Shown: positions 16,921 to 29,599 of the stretch, piece after piece
Layout: each line of letters starts with the position of its first letter
Numbering within the stretch: the first letter of the stretch is position 1
Source of the DNA: the human T2T-CHM13v2.0 reference genome, Homo sapiens
Assembly: GCF_009914755.1 (NCBI RefSeq)
Contig: NC_060943.1
DNA length: 64,000 nucleotides
Reading direction: 5' to 3' (one strand)
The notes under the pieces: model-generated
What the model saw: the letters and a program-made list of their open reading frames with translations, nothing else
Told to the model about the DNA's origin: nothing
Databases searched by the model: none
Translations under genes and position numbers: made by a program

Positions 16921-17300
16921 AAGAAGACTTAGTTTGAGTATCACTCCCTCTGGGAGCCATCTGTGCATTCCAGGTCAGGCTCCTGTCTCTCCTCTGTGCC
17001 CCTCCAACTTCATGGTCTCCATGCCCCAACTCCGTGTGTGTCCCTTGGGGGGCAGACCTTGGGTATCAGGCCAGCCCTCTACCAGGCCCAGAGCAGCCTC
17101 TACAAGTGCTCAGCTTCTGTGTATTGGAGTTAAGAAAGCATGACCTGGGGATACCCATGCCGCCCAGCAGCCGACGGTAAACCTGGAGTCCTCACCGCCA
17201 TGCTCTGAGGGAGGTTCTGTTCACTCCACATCATAAACCGGAAACAGCGCTGGAGCAGAGGCGACAGCTGGGTGCATGGTGGCTGGAGAGCCTAGGATAC

Positions 17301-17555
17301 CAGGCAACAAACCTTTTCTGCAAAGGGCCAGATGGTAAACATTTTAGGCTTTGTGGACCGGACAGTCACTGCTATAGCTTTTCAACTGCTTTTGCAGGGC
17401 AAAATCAGCCATAAATGAATGGGTGTGGCTGTGTTCCAATAAAACTTTATTTATAGACACTGAAACGTGAATTTCATATCATTTTCATGTGTCATGAAAT
17501 CTTCTTTAGATTGTTTTCCAATCTGGTGGCAGGCTGTATTTGGCCTGGGGACTGT
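17301..17555 (+). mobile_element. MER58 (B-like) DNA transposon; a second fragment lies at ~18555-18680
   Basis: aaagggccagatggtaaacattttaggctttg...gtggctgtgttccaataaaactttattta. Confidence 0.75.
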
Positions 17556-17799
17556 AATGGGCTGATTCCTGGTGCAGGGTGAGAATTAAATATATGTTTT
17601 CCCACCTGGTTCAGGGCCAGCCTGGTCAGTCCTCCCTCAGGGCCCAGCAGCTGCTCGGAGGAGGAAGCAGAGTCACTCCATCTCCAGCCCAAGTGGAGGA
17701 CACAAATGAGTGAACAAACTCACCTACTATCTAACCAACTAACCAGTTAACTAAGCCCTTATCTCCTGGATTCAGAGTTACCCCCGCCTCCTCTCTGTT

Positions 17800-17977
17800 T
17801 TTCTGTTTTTTTTGTTTGTTTGTTTGTTTGTTTGTTTTTGAAGACGGGGTCTAACTGTGTTGCTGAGGCTGGAGTGCAGTGGCACGATCATGGCTTACTA
17901 CACCCTGAGCTCATGTGATCCTCCTGCCTCGGCCTCCCAGAAAGGTGGGATTACAGGCATGAGACACTGTGCCCAGT
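17800..17977 (-). mobile_element. Truncated Alu with (TTTG)n tail
   Basis: Alu fragments following a TTTG repeat. Confidence 0.8.
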
Positions 17978-19980
17978 CCTGTGGGCTTCTTTAGACCCGA
18001 CTGACCCCTTGTTGTCTGACCTATCTCTTTGACCCCTGGCCAGGTATCTTTTCACCCCCTCAACCTGCCCAAGGTGGTGGGAACCTCAAGAGAAGCCCAT
18101 TGAGCGCCTGAAAGCTGCCGACGACCACTCACTACTGATGTGGTGTGGCCTGGCCTACAGCCTGGTACAGGCTAGCAGAGGAGATGTGTACAGCCTCAGG
18201 GCTGTGTGTGATGGGGAAGGGGGCTTTGGGACTGGGAGGGGTGTCTGGCTGCACCTGGAGAAGGGGAGGGAATGGCCAGGCAGACAGAGGAGACATTCCA
18301 GGCAGTGGAATGTCCTAGACAAAGGTGCGGAAGCGGGAGCTGGCGGAGTGCGGGGTCCCTGTAAATCCAGGACACTAAACGCAAGGGGCTTCTCGCCTTG
18401 TAGGGCCAAAAGCCAGGGCAGAGCTAAGCCCACCAGGAGCAAAGGCTGTGGCCCTACATCCCTATCCTAGCACTGACCCATGCAACTGGACCTGCCTATG
18501 TGGTATGGGTCAGGAGGACGCCAGGAGGCCCCCACATCCCCCTCCTAGATTGCCGAAACATGAATTTCATATGATTTTCATGTGTCACAAAACACTATTA
18601 TTCTTCAGATTATTTTTTCCAAAAAATCTGGGCAGGGCATGGATGATGGGCAGGCCGGACATGTGGCCATTCCTATTTCCGACCTGCATTTGGGTTCTTC
18701 AGCATTGCCCTCTCTCGGTCATTCATTCACTCTACAAACACTGGTCCTTGGTGCCAACAACCTGCCAGATAAACCCCTTCCAGGATGCGAATGAGACAGA
18801 CACGGTCCTTGCCCTTGTGGAACTGACAATCCAGCAGGGATGACTGACAGGTACAGTGCCATTTCAGAGCACGAGAGGTGCCCGCAATACTATGCATCTG
18901 GGCAGTGACCAGGGGTGGCTTCAGGAAGGCCTCCCCGATGAGGAAAAAGACCAGCCAAGGAAGACTCAGCAGGAGCTGCCATGTGATGTCCTGGGGGCAG
19001 GAGGCAGCTGTTTGAGGGACAGAAAGGAACCGCCACAGCCAAGGGAGGTGCAGAGTACGGAGGTCTGTGGCAGGTGGGTGGCCAGGAGGGCCTCACAGAA
19101 TTCATGGGGTGGCTGCAAGCAGAAGAGGCTGGAAAGGCTTTGGGGGCTGGGCCAGGAACACGATCTGATTGACTTTTGCAAGGATCCCTGGCTGCTGTTG
19201 AGAGGTGGAGGGCAGGACCTGCAGGGCGGGAGGCCGGTGCTCCTGGGAGGCTGCCGTGTGGATAAGAGTCGGGGGCCAAGTCTCCCGCTGGAGCAGCATG
19301 GAAGGCTGGGCCGGACGTGGGCGGTGGGCAGGCCCCAGGACTGCTGCTCTTGGCCTGGCTCTGGCGTTGGCTTAGCGTGCAGCCGCGGGGGAGCCGTGTG
19401 TGGGCACGTCCCTGTGCTGCCGCCCCCGCTGCCCCAGAGACACAGCCATAGGCAGGCTGGCTCCCCTGGGCCTGGCTCACACGTGGTGGAGGTGATCAGG
19501 GATGACGAGGCGGGTCGCAGGGTGGCAGGGACCTACAGGGCCCCAAGGCCAGCCCGGGGGACAGAGGACTCCCTTGCCAGGTCCTTGTTCATTCATCCCC
19601 CCCCTTTGTATGGTGAGACCACTGGGAGCCAGACACAGCCCTGCCCCAGGGGCCATGGGGAAACGAGTGTCTGTCTCTGGTCCGGGGCCAACCTCAAGGT
19701 GGGTGTCCTCTCCTGCAGCAGGGCCACGGGCACCTTCCGGCTCCAGCCCCAGCCCAGCCAGGCTCTGAGGGAGCCTGAGGCTGCCTCTCCTCCTCCAGGT
19801 TCCTGTTTCCCGGGTGGCCCCAAAGACAGAAGATGGTGTGAGGTTCAAGGGCTCAGTCCCAGGCTCGGATTTCCTGGGCGTGTCAGATTTCCTGGGCGCT
19901 GTGTGGCTGGTGTCTGCCAGGGAGGCCACTGAATAACGTGAAGACCACTGGGAAAGCATAGCAGAGTGTGCAGTGGCTGA

Positions 19981-20303
19981 GTCTGTGTGTGTGTGTGTGT
20001 GTGTGTGCGTGCGTGTGTCTGTGTGGGTGTGGGGTGTGACTCACACAGGCCTGGGCTTCATGATGTCTCTTGGGAGCAGGAAGGTCTGTGTGAGTCTGTG
20101 TCTGTCTGTGTGTGCATGTGTGTGTGTACCCGTGTGACTACAAGCATGTGTATGAGTGCACACAGTTGGTGCAGGTGTACCTATGTGTCTGTGCACATGT
20201 GTGTGCATGTCTGTGAGCGTGTGTGCATGTGGTTATGAGTGTGTCTGTGGGTACGCATGTGACTGTAGTGTGTGTGACTGTGTGTGTGCACGTGTGTGTG
20301 TGT
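19981..20303. repeat. Degenerate (TG)n-rich low-complexity tract
   Basis: Directly visible. Confidence 0.9.
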
Positions 20304-22359
20304 GGACACAGCCCTCTCTGGCCTGCACTCCTGGAGCCTGTTTTCCTGCTCCACCTCCCTCCTCGGCAAGTGTTGACTCAGGGAGGGATAGGCAGCCTTG
20401 GTTCAGGATTTCCTGGTCAGGCAGAAGTGGTGCCTTGAAAAGGGAACAATCTCGTGCTAAAGTGGACGCTGAGGGTCCACACAGTGCAGTGCTCTAGGGT
20501 GCCCAAGGCCGAGAGACCTTGTGCCTTCCTTGCCTGGGTTTACAGTGGGGGTCCCAGAAAGCTTTGCCCCTAGGGTGGCCCATAGGATGTGCCCTCAGGC
20601 TTTTTCTAAATGCTTCCTGATCTGGGCTGCCCGGGGTGGGGGCTCTGGAGCTGGACACTCCTCTGACTGCTGTGGAGGCAGGGACAGCACCCCCACAAGA
20701 GGTACCCCAAGAGAAATGGGGGCCCCCAATGTCCCCAGGCACTAGCTGTCCCAGGTTCCCTTCCACAGTGGGCAGCTTTACCCCTGCACCGCCCCATCCC
20801 CCAAAGCCTTAACAAATAAAAATGAAGCTCTTTGAGGCTAAGAGTCTATTCAAGCTCCAAGAGCTCTCTGCCATGTTGGGAGGAGCCTTCTAGAAGCGCT
20901 GCTTCTCTCAGGGGCTGGGAGGGCTGGCCTCACTGGGTACGCCTGAGAGATGCAGCATCTTAGTCGGCACCCATCTGCCGCGTCCACATCTGGGCTGTAC
21001 CAAGGTCCCCCAGAGGCGCCACTGTCCCTGAGAGACGCTGAGTGAGCCCAGGGCCCAAGGACAGCAGCCACTTACTGTGCAAATGCCGGACCTTCCCTGT
21101 CCCCACCACCTGGATTCCTCCCGGGGTGGCCCTGGGTCTTGGGTCAGGCAGGGAGGCTGAGTGGGGTGGGCAGCCAGCACAGCCACCATGTCCTTGTCCC
21201 CCTGCCCCACAGGGGCTGCCTTCTCCAGCTGGAGGTTCAGGCCTAATCCCCAGGACAAAACAGGGATTTGCATCCTAAAAGCTGCTAATGCGGGTGCTGC
21301 TCCTCTGTCAGTGCCCGCTTATCGTAGAGGAAAGACACTGTCCCTGGGGCGTTGGGAGCCGCTGGTCTCAGCTGGTTCTAGGGATGATGGAGACACAGCT
21401 GGGTGGCATGGAGCTCAGCTATCCTTGAGCTGGGTCAGCCCAAGCAGGAACCCCAAGGGGGCCCCCGAGAACCTCTAGCCCAGACCCCTGGACTCAGGCC
21501 TAGGTGCCTGTCCCACTGTAGACACCACCCCAGCCCTGCGTGCTGCCACCAAACCTGTCCCCTGCCAGTGATGTGGGCACCCCTGACCCCTTGCACCCAC
21601 TGGGACTCTTCTCCTGCACAAGGTCCCTGTCCCCACTGCTGCTTCTGCCCTGTCCCCTCCCTGCTGGGTGTGACACCCAGAAACCGGGCTGTGGGAGGCA
21701 AACATGGAGCTGGCTTGGAGAGCTTTAGACCCCCTTTCTTGCCTTGGGGACCCCGGGATCCTGGCATAGGCCTGCCCTGAGTGGGGAAAGACGATGTCAG
21801 AGTCCCTGGGACTGCAGAGAACGCGGTGTCCTCCGAAGCATGCCTGGGTCCCCCTGATCAGGGTGGCAGCAGGGGGCAGTGCCTGGGCTTTGGGTGCTGG
21901 CCCCCACCACGCTGAGCGGCCACGAGCAGGGCTGGCCGGGCCGCCATTAATGATTAACTTGGGGCCTGGGCCTTGACCTCGTGGGCCTCTGAGTAAACAG
22001 GCCTGCTGGAGCCTGCCGGGCCCCTCATGGCCTCTCCACCCCCTGACCTCTCCTGCCCTCCTGGTCCTGGCCTCCCTCACCCACCTTTGCTGCTGAGGTG
22101 GAGCAGTGGCAGGCGGTCTAGAGGCGCTGGCCTTTCTCACCCCCACCCTGGATCAGCCTACCGCTGATTCCTGCCCCTGGCCCCAGCCCATTCTCTTTGG
22201 AGCCTTTGAGGTGGGCTTTTCTTCTTGGACTGGGGCTTGCCCACTGGGGTGTCTCAAGCCCTGACCTCAGCCCCTTGCGTCCACACTGCTGGGGCTTGTT
22301 GAGACTGGCCGCGTGGAGCATGCTGTGTAGACAGTCAGGACCGGCTGTCAGAAGACCTG

Positions 22360-22455
22360 TGTTCTAGCTCCAGCTCTGGTCTCACTGGCTGTGTGACCCC
22401 TAGACCATGCCCTGTCTCTCTGGGCCTCAGTTTCCCCATCTGCACAATAAAAAAT
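22360..22455. mobile_element. MIR core
   Basis: ggctgtgtgacc...ctctgggcctcagtttccccatctg. Confidence 0.7.
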
Positions 22456-22689
22456 AGAGCAGGAATCCCAGGGCTTTCTAATCCCAGAATTCTAGATGCC
22501 AGTCTGGTTTGGAGTGAGACTGAGGATAGGAAAAACATATGTCCCCACCCCGCCCCAGAGGACCCCTTCCCGAAGAGTCACTGGGGTGGACCTCCAAGTT
22601 CCTGGCTGCCCACACTCACTTCCTTCTTCTGGGGCAGCCCCTTGTGTTCCCTTGGAGGACCAGCCCTCAAGCTCTCAGACCAGGGGCTT

Positions 22690-23010
22690 CAGGCAGGGCA
22701 GCCCCTGCCTGGGGCTCTGGAAGTGGGTCATATGACCTGGGCCTGGCCAATGGGTGTCTGCCCTGAGACTTTTGCTGGAAATACTGAGAAAAAAAAATCA
22801 TTTTTTCTTCCCTAGCAAAGCAGGAGAATGTGAGCCCCATGGTTATCTTGCTGGGCACAAAGGAAAGGAGAGCTGAGGACCCGACACGGGTTTTGACGAC
22901 GGAGCCCCAGCTGTGCCCGAACCGGCACCTTGTGGACTTTTCCATGGCAAGAACCAGTGGATTCCTTTTCTGCTCAAACCAGTGAGAGTTGGGTCTCTTC
23001 CCTGATTCAC
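22690..23010 (+). mobile_element. Old MaLR LTR fragment (MLT1-type)
   Basis: catatgacctgggcctggccaatg...cagctgtgcccgaa...tggacttttc...gctcaaaccagtgagagttggg. Confidence 0.5.
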
Positions 23011-24145
23011 ACATTCACACACTGGACTCACACCATGCAGGCACAGAGGCTACAAATGCACAGTTGTCACCGTTACACACGCACCGCGAAACATCTGTGG
23101 AGAAAATGTGCGTGACAAACAGGGCTGGGGAGGGAACCCGGCTGGCCGCAGTGAGCAAGGGTGGCAGGGGGTGGGAGAATGTGGGCCCAGGGTGCCGACC
23201 CAAGCTCTCTCCCTGTCACTTCACCCGCCATTTGCCCATCATCCCCACGTCCAGAACCCTCAGCCGGCCATTGTGGATGATGGGCGAATGGCGGCTGAGG
23301 TGGGCAGGCTGAAGCTGATTGGCCAGGGACAGAGGTGAATGCTCCTGTTTGCACGTGTGCGTGTGTTCACATGCACGCTGAGCTTTGCATGCAAGAAACA
23401 TGCTGTGGCCCACTCGGGGAGCACTTTCAGTCCCTCCCCACTGCAGAGGCCTGAAGCTCAGTGAGTCGGGGAGGGGTCTCTGGTCAGTCGGGCCCTCCTC
23501 CACCCTGGGACTGTGTGGTTCCTGGGAGCTCAAGGGCCACCTGGGTGGGGGCAACCCGAGGAGAAGGGACTGCCTCTTCTGCTCCACTGTGGGATAGAAG
23601 GATCACCAGGGCCTTCTGCAGGAGCAGAGAATCCGCCTCATTTGGGCCTCCCCAGTTCTCCAAGGAGTGCTGGCCTCATGGGGCTATACTGGGGGAGAGG
23701 CTTTGTTCTGGAGCCCAGGCTGCCTTTATGACACTGGGTAGTCCAGGGTCCTAGATGCAGATGGCTTCAGGCATATTGCACATACCACATGCACACGAAG
23801 ACACGCACACAGATGCATATGGGCACACGCAGGCACAGCTATCTTGTGTGAGCTCTGCGGATGGAAAAGGAGAAGCTTTCTGTGGACAGGGAACAATGGC
23901 GACAGAGGAACCCCTTGGCCCTCCTGGGAAGGCCCCACCCCACAGCTTGGCTCTTGCCAGGCCCCTTGGGCTCTAGCCTGGGGAAGGGCTCTCAGCCAGC
24001 AGCAGGAATAGCTGGATCAGGTGTCTGGAGATAACCCTGGCTCCCTGCTGCTGGCTAAAAGCCCTTCCCCCAAAGCTCTGTCTTCCCCTCCTGCTCCTCT
24101 TCCTCTCCGTGCCTTGCTTTTGGACTTTCAGGCCACATCACATTC

Positions 24146-24283
24146 CTTTTTCTTTTCTTTTCTTTTTTTCTTTCTTTTTTTCTTTTTTTTGTAGAGATGG
24201 GGTCTTGCTATGTTGCCCAGGCTGACCTCCAACCCCTGGCCTCAAGGGATCCTCCTGCCTCAGCCTTCTAAAGTGCTGGGATG
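24146..24283 (-). mobile_element. Alu monomer (FLAM-like)
   Basis: T-rich tail plus left arm. Confidence 0.8.
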
Positions 24284-25047
24284 ACTCTGACTCTTTCTCT
24301 GCTTCCTCCTGTCTCTGTTGGTCCCAGTTTCTGTCTCTCTAGGGGGGCATCCCAGGAGAGGGGCAAGGTTCAGGCCTCAGGGCTTAAGCCCCTTGGCTGC
24401 TGGGCCAGGCCTTCCTCTTTCTGCTGTCTGTCCCCTGCCCTGCTTCCTTACTCTGGCCAGAGCCGACTTGCCCTTTGCCCTGGAGCTGCGGCACCTCGGG
24501 GTTGGGGGAACTGATGGCCTCACCTCCCCCACCCCCTGCAGCCCCTGCTCCTCCCCACAGGAGTCTGGCCAGAGAGTTGGGCCCTGGGGAGGCCACACAG
24601 CCAGGACACATGTCCTGGCCCCAGGCAGAACCCTTGCCCTGGCCACAGAGCCACACCAGCCAGGTCAACTCTGTCCTCTGAAATCCCTGGAGACCAGGGC
24701 AAGCCCCCCCCACCCACTCCCTGGGGCAGCTTCGGACTCCCACTCACCTCCAGGTTGGGAAAACTGACCCCCAGCCCAGGGCAGGAGGCAGGATGTGGAA
24801 GGGCCTCTAGCAGAGCTGAGGTCCAGCCGGCCATGTCGGGGGAAGGACGACCCTGTACCCTGTCATTCCCCTCACAGTGTGAGGCCCCAGGGAATAACCT
24901 GCCCTGGCAGGGGACTGAGAAGCAGGAGCAGTTTCCCAGCTCTGGAGCATGCTGGGTGGGAGCAGGCACGGGGCGTCTCTGGGGGTGGGGAGCAGCCCCT
25001 CCTTGCCTAGGCAGTCACTTTCTGGGGGCCAGCACTTCCCACACTCT

Positions 25048-25352
25048 CTTTTTTTTTTTTGAGACAGAGTCTCACTTTGTCACCCAGGCTGGAGTGCAGT
25101 GGCACGACCTCGGCTCGCTGCAACTTCCACCTCCTGGGTTCAAGCAATTCTCCAGCCTCAGCCTCCCAAGTAGCTAGGATTACAGGCGTGTGCCACCACA
25201 CCCAGCTAATTTTTTGTATTTTTAGTAGAGATGGGGGTTCCCCATGTTGGCCAGGCTGGTCTCGAATTCCTGTTGATTCTCGAATTCCTGGTGATCCACC
25301 TGCCTTGACCTCCCAAAGTGCTGGGATTACAGGTGTGGGGCATCACGTCCGG
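25048..25352 (-). mobile_element. AluS
   Basis: Full dimer; small internal duplication tctcgaattcctg x2. Confidence 0.9.
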
Positions 25353-26165
25353 CACTTCCCATGCTCTCAGAGCATTCACTGCTGCTGTCCAGGTCAGAGT
25401 CTGCCAGTGCCCTCCTCCAGGAAGCCCACCTGGGCTGGACCAGAAGAGGCAGGAGCCTGAAGCAGCCGGCCTTCCTCCCCACCACACACCGGGACCGGGG
25501 CTTCCCCTCGCCACACTGATTAGGCTGGAAGTGGGGGGCTTCCAGCTTCCCACTTCTGGAAGACCCCACCTGCACCCAGCCTGCCTGGGGCTCAGGGCTG
25601 CATTGAAAATGCCTGACTTTCCACCCCAGAGTCCAGGGCAAGGCACAGCTTCTGATAACCCCTGGGCTGATGTTTGAGCAAGGCCCCTGGGAAAAAGTCC
25701 TCAGGCCTTACTGAGCCCAGTGCTGCCGCTGTTGCTACAGCAGACAACCTGGGGCAACGTCTCCGGAAGCTGGAGAACGGGCAGGTGGGGCAGCCACAAA
25801 GAGGGCTCCAGCGGTGTCGGCTGCCTCGGTGTGCGGTTCACTGTGGCTGTGTCCACCTGCTGCCTTCCTCTCTGGGCACTTCCACTGATATCTGGGAGGA
25901 GGCCACCTCCAGGGGTTGTGAGCACTCAAATGAGACAATGTGGGCAAGTGCCTGGCCTGCTGCTTGGCGCACACTGAACCCTCAATGAATGCAGCCATCA
26001 GCCCTGCTCAGGCTGGCAGGGTTGTGAGGACTGGAGGATCCAGGTCATCTCTGCAGACCAGGGCAAGGCCTACTGCTGGACAAGGGGAAGGCTTGGGACT
26101 AAATCTCTGCCTTCCTGGCCCCCAGAGTCCACAAGGCACAAATGTGCACTTGCACGCCCCCCCCA

Positions 26166-26213
26166 ACACACATACACACACACATACACACACACACATA
26201 CACATACACACAC

Positions 26214-26250
<37 letters not shown>

Positions 26251-26297
26251 TACACACATACATACACATACACACACACACATACACACACACACAC
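26166..26297. repeat. (CA)n/(CATA)n compound microsatellite
   Basis: Directly visible. Confidence 0.96.
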
Positions 26298-26469
26298 CTG
26301 GCTTGGCTTCCCATTACCCAGCCACCTGCTGGAAAACCAAGAGCTGTCTCTTGAAAAGGATGATTAAGAACCAGCCTTGACTACTCAAACTGAAACTCCA
26401 AACCCTCCTCTGGGGTACCCAGCTCCTCTGGAGCCTGTGGGCGAAAAGCTCTTACCATAGTGGAAAAAA

Positions 26470-26540
26470 TATTCTGCCGAAACGGAAGTCTTCCTCAATT
26501 TAGCTGAGTCATTTTCTTGTGGTTAAGGAAGTCCGGGTTA
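26470..26540. promoter_or_regulatory. Candidate +21/22 kb enhancer core (ETS, C/EBP, AP-1/ARE, RUNX, ETS)
   Basis: AACGGAAGT 26481, TTCCTCAAT 26491, GCTGAGTCAT 26503, TGTGGTT 26518, AGGAAGT 26526, all within ~55 bp. Confidence 0.55.
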
Positions 26541-28136
26541 CCTCTGGCCCTTCCCCTGATGCCCATGGCCTAGCCAGCTTGGGGGACCCCAGTCCACACT
26601 CCCGCCCTGGCAGGGGGCATGCCCATCCCGGCAAACCTGAAGGGCCCTTGATTGTAAGTCACCCCACTCACCCCGGGCTGCTTCTCACCACTGTTTCCTG
26701 TGCTGAAGTGGGAGTCCAGACCCCCAAGAACCAGGATCCAGGGTCACTGATCACCAGGTCACCAGGGGCAGCTCCTACAGGCCTGGGGTCTGCCTGCGCT
26801 TCCTGTCGGGGATGGTGGCCCCTTGAGGATAGAGGCCTCCTGTGGATTGACACTCTGCTCCTGTGTCCCCAGCTTGGGCAGCTCTTAGCACGAGGTCGGT
26901 ATCAGGAGCCCAGTCTCCCAGCATTCAGCAGCTCACAGATCCCCCAAGGAGCCGGTAGCTTGGAATGAGTTCCTAGTGGATGGGCAGTGGAGGGGCTGGG
27001 TGCCAGGCCCTGCTTAGATCTCAGACCCAGTTGGGCTCATGGCAACCAGGGATGGAACCTGTTTCATTCTGGATCCTAGGAGTCTGAGCCTGCAGGCCAA
27101 GGCACCTGGCCCAGGTGTGGCAGAGCCTTGCCCAGTCGGGGCTCTGGCTGGAGGGAGGCTGGTGCTGGTGGGTGCCCCACCCTGGCTGCAGGTGGCTGCC
27201 TCCTCCCCGGGAGACCTTTTGGAAGGTGCCAGAGGCTGTTGTGGGGGAAGGCGGAGAGATGACGGGGCGGGCCACCTGAGTGCCGTGGGGAGAGCCTTGA
27301 AGGTGCCAAGTGGTGCCAGTTGCAGGTGGGGCGTGGAGGCCAGCTCTGTGGGCGCTGGGTCCTTCCCCTGCGGCCACACCGTGTGCCAGGAACGAGAGAC
27401 CCCCTGGCTGTGCGTTCCACCCTGGCCCTCCATCTGAGCCCTGGGCTACTGGGGAGGCAGCAGGAGCCCGGGCAGACGGCTCATCTGAGCTCGGCCTTCT
27501 GTCAGCTGACAGGGGTCACGTGCTGTCTGGGCTTGCCTGGGGCCTGAGAAATGGGGATGCGGACAGCCATTGTCAGGGCTGTTGGGGAAATTCAAGGAAT
27601 GGAAGAGTCAGAGGGAGTTGGGAGGCCATGTCTCGGTGTGTGCGGGGGCATCGAAAGCCCTGCTGGATTTGGGGGATCAAAGGACTGCCACGCATCACTT
27701 GTGGGGTCTCGGGATGATGGGGGTCAGGCCTGCTCTTTGCTGGGGAGGCCAGTGGCTAGCAAGGTCTGGGGCTCAGTGAATAAGGCCACGCTTGCAGCCG
27801 CCCTTGTCCCAGTGCTTGGAGAGCCACCAGGCAGACTTTATCTGCATCCCTGGAAGTGACCTGAAGAGACTGCCGGGCACTAGAGGGGTCCATGTGGGAC
27901 CCGGAACCCAAAGGATCAGGTTCACCAAAGCCTGGACTTCCCTGGAGGGCCCCTGACCCGTCTCAGCGGCCGTCAGGCATCCGCCAGCTGGGCCCTGCGG
28001 GCTGTGCTGCCCGGTGACTCCAGAGTCCTCCCACACCCACTTGGACTGGGTCCTCCCGTGGCTCTGGCAGCCAAGGTTTGGGAAATTAGGTGAGGGGGGC
28101 CTGGGACGAGGGTGAGGAAAGGAACAATTTATGTTC

Positions 28137-28243
28137 AAAAGTCATCTTGAAATTTTCAACATATTTTTTTATTTTTCAAAACAAAAGCTCTAAATGTTGG
28201 GGCTGGGGGGTGGCGGTGGACCTAGCTTTGTGGGAAGTGAGTC
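28137..28243 (+). repeat. 107-bp direct repeat, copy 1
   Basis: 4 mismatches versus 28846-28952. Confidence 0.95.
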
Positions 28244-28845
28244 AGATGGCCATAAAATGTGTTTTTCTGAGCCGAGGGGATTATTTTACATCTTGTGGCA
28301 TGGAGACGCCAGGAGGAAGCCCTCCTCCTGGTCCCTGGTGGGGCTGCCTGCTGCTGGGCCTCAGCACTGATCTCTCTTCTTGAGATGGGGGCTCCTGCCC
28401 TTCCAGGACCCCTCATCAGCCCTCTCCCTCCCTGACCTCACATCCCGTTCTTTTAGGCAAGAGTGAGGCTGGGAAGGTCGTGGCTTCATGGTGGGGCCTC
28501 GTACTGGCTGTGCCATGCCAGAGAATCTGGGTAAAGTATGCCTTGGGGACCCTCCCCAACCCCTCGTCTGATGGATAGGCTGATGGCGGGACCACCTCCC
28601 AGAACAGCCACCAGCATGAAAGGAGGGATTTGAGAACTCATTTGCAGGCCGTCAGGGCTCGGCAAGTGGGTGCCCTCCCACCTCCAAGAACATCCTTGAG
28701 TGCAGGTGAATGAATGAAGGGCAAAAGGGGCAACTAGGCTCTTTGGAGACCCTTCCTAAAGCCAGAGGCGCAGGGGTCCTCCCCTAATCTCCGCTATCAA
28801 CGGCATCTTCCCTGGGACCACAGCGGGGCAGTGGTGGCTCAGGGG

Positions 28846-28952
28846 AAAAGTCATCTTGAAATGTTCAACATATTTTTTTATTTTTCAAAATAAAAGCTCT
28901 AAATGTTGGGGCTGGGGGTTGGCGGCGGACCTAGCTTTGTGGGAAGTGAGTC
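28846..28952 (+). repeat. 107-bp direct repeat, copy 2
   Basis: 4 mismatches versus 28137-28243. Confidence 0.95.
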
Positions 28953-29599
28953 TTCCCAGGGAAGAGGACGCTGAGTCCCCACCTCAGCGACCAGAGACCT
29001 CAGAGGGGCTAGGGTCAGGGACTCCAGATGCCCATCAGGACAGGACCTGGTGGCTTCAGAGGCCTCAGGGTACAGGTCCCACCACCCAAGGCAGGGACTG
29101 GGTGGGACCCATAGGGAGGGCTCCGCCTGGAGCCTCCCATGCCCTCTGCCTCGCTGGGGGCTGCTGTCCACTGCCATGCATATCCCCTGAACCCTGCCTT
29201 CCCTGGGCTGGAGTCACAGGCCCCATGAACAGCTTGGGGTCCAAGAGCCCACGCTGCCTGTGAAGGGAGACCCCTGGTAGCCTGAGGCCGGCAGAAATGG
29301 GGAAGAAATCTGGGGCCCAAACCACACTGGCTGATTCCAGAAACCCTCCACCCTTCTCTTGAAGCTGCAGTAAAGGGGTCTCCCTGAGCCATCCCCACTG
29401 ACCATGGGCTCTGCTTCTTCCTGGGACCAAGGCCAGGCACAGTGGACACCCACTGTTTTGCCTGTCTCAGCATCCATTTCTCTCCTTCCAACCAACACAT
29501 GGATTTTCCTTGGAGAACCTCCCTCCCCCACGCTCATTCCTTGCAGTGTGGGTGGGGCTGAGCCCCCAAACTGTGTGTGTGTGTGTGTGTTGGAAGTGT

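Noticed and set aside
17460-18620. Similar ~60-bp segments at ~17460 and ~18555
   Set aside because: Explained as two MER58 fragments, not a novel duplication.
18856-19932. 358-aa ORF, the same length as p42
   Set aside because: Coincidental length; no similarity to CEBPA or any family I recognise, GTG start, begins in L2-like sequence.
25940-26380. HT/CV-repeat ORFs (also 19987-20497) and the F/L/S- or K/E/R-rich ORFs at 53131-53704
   Set aside because: Microsatellite translations.
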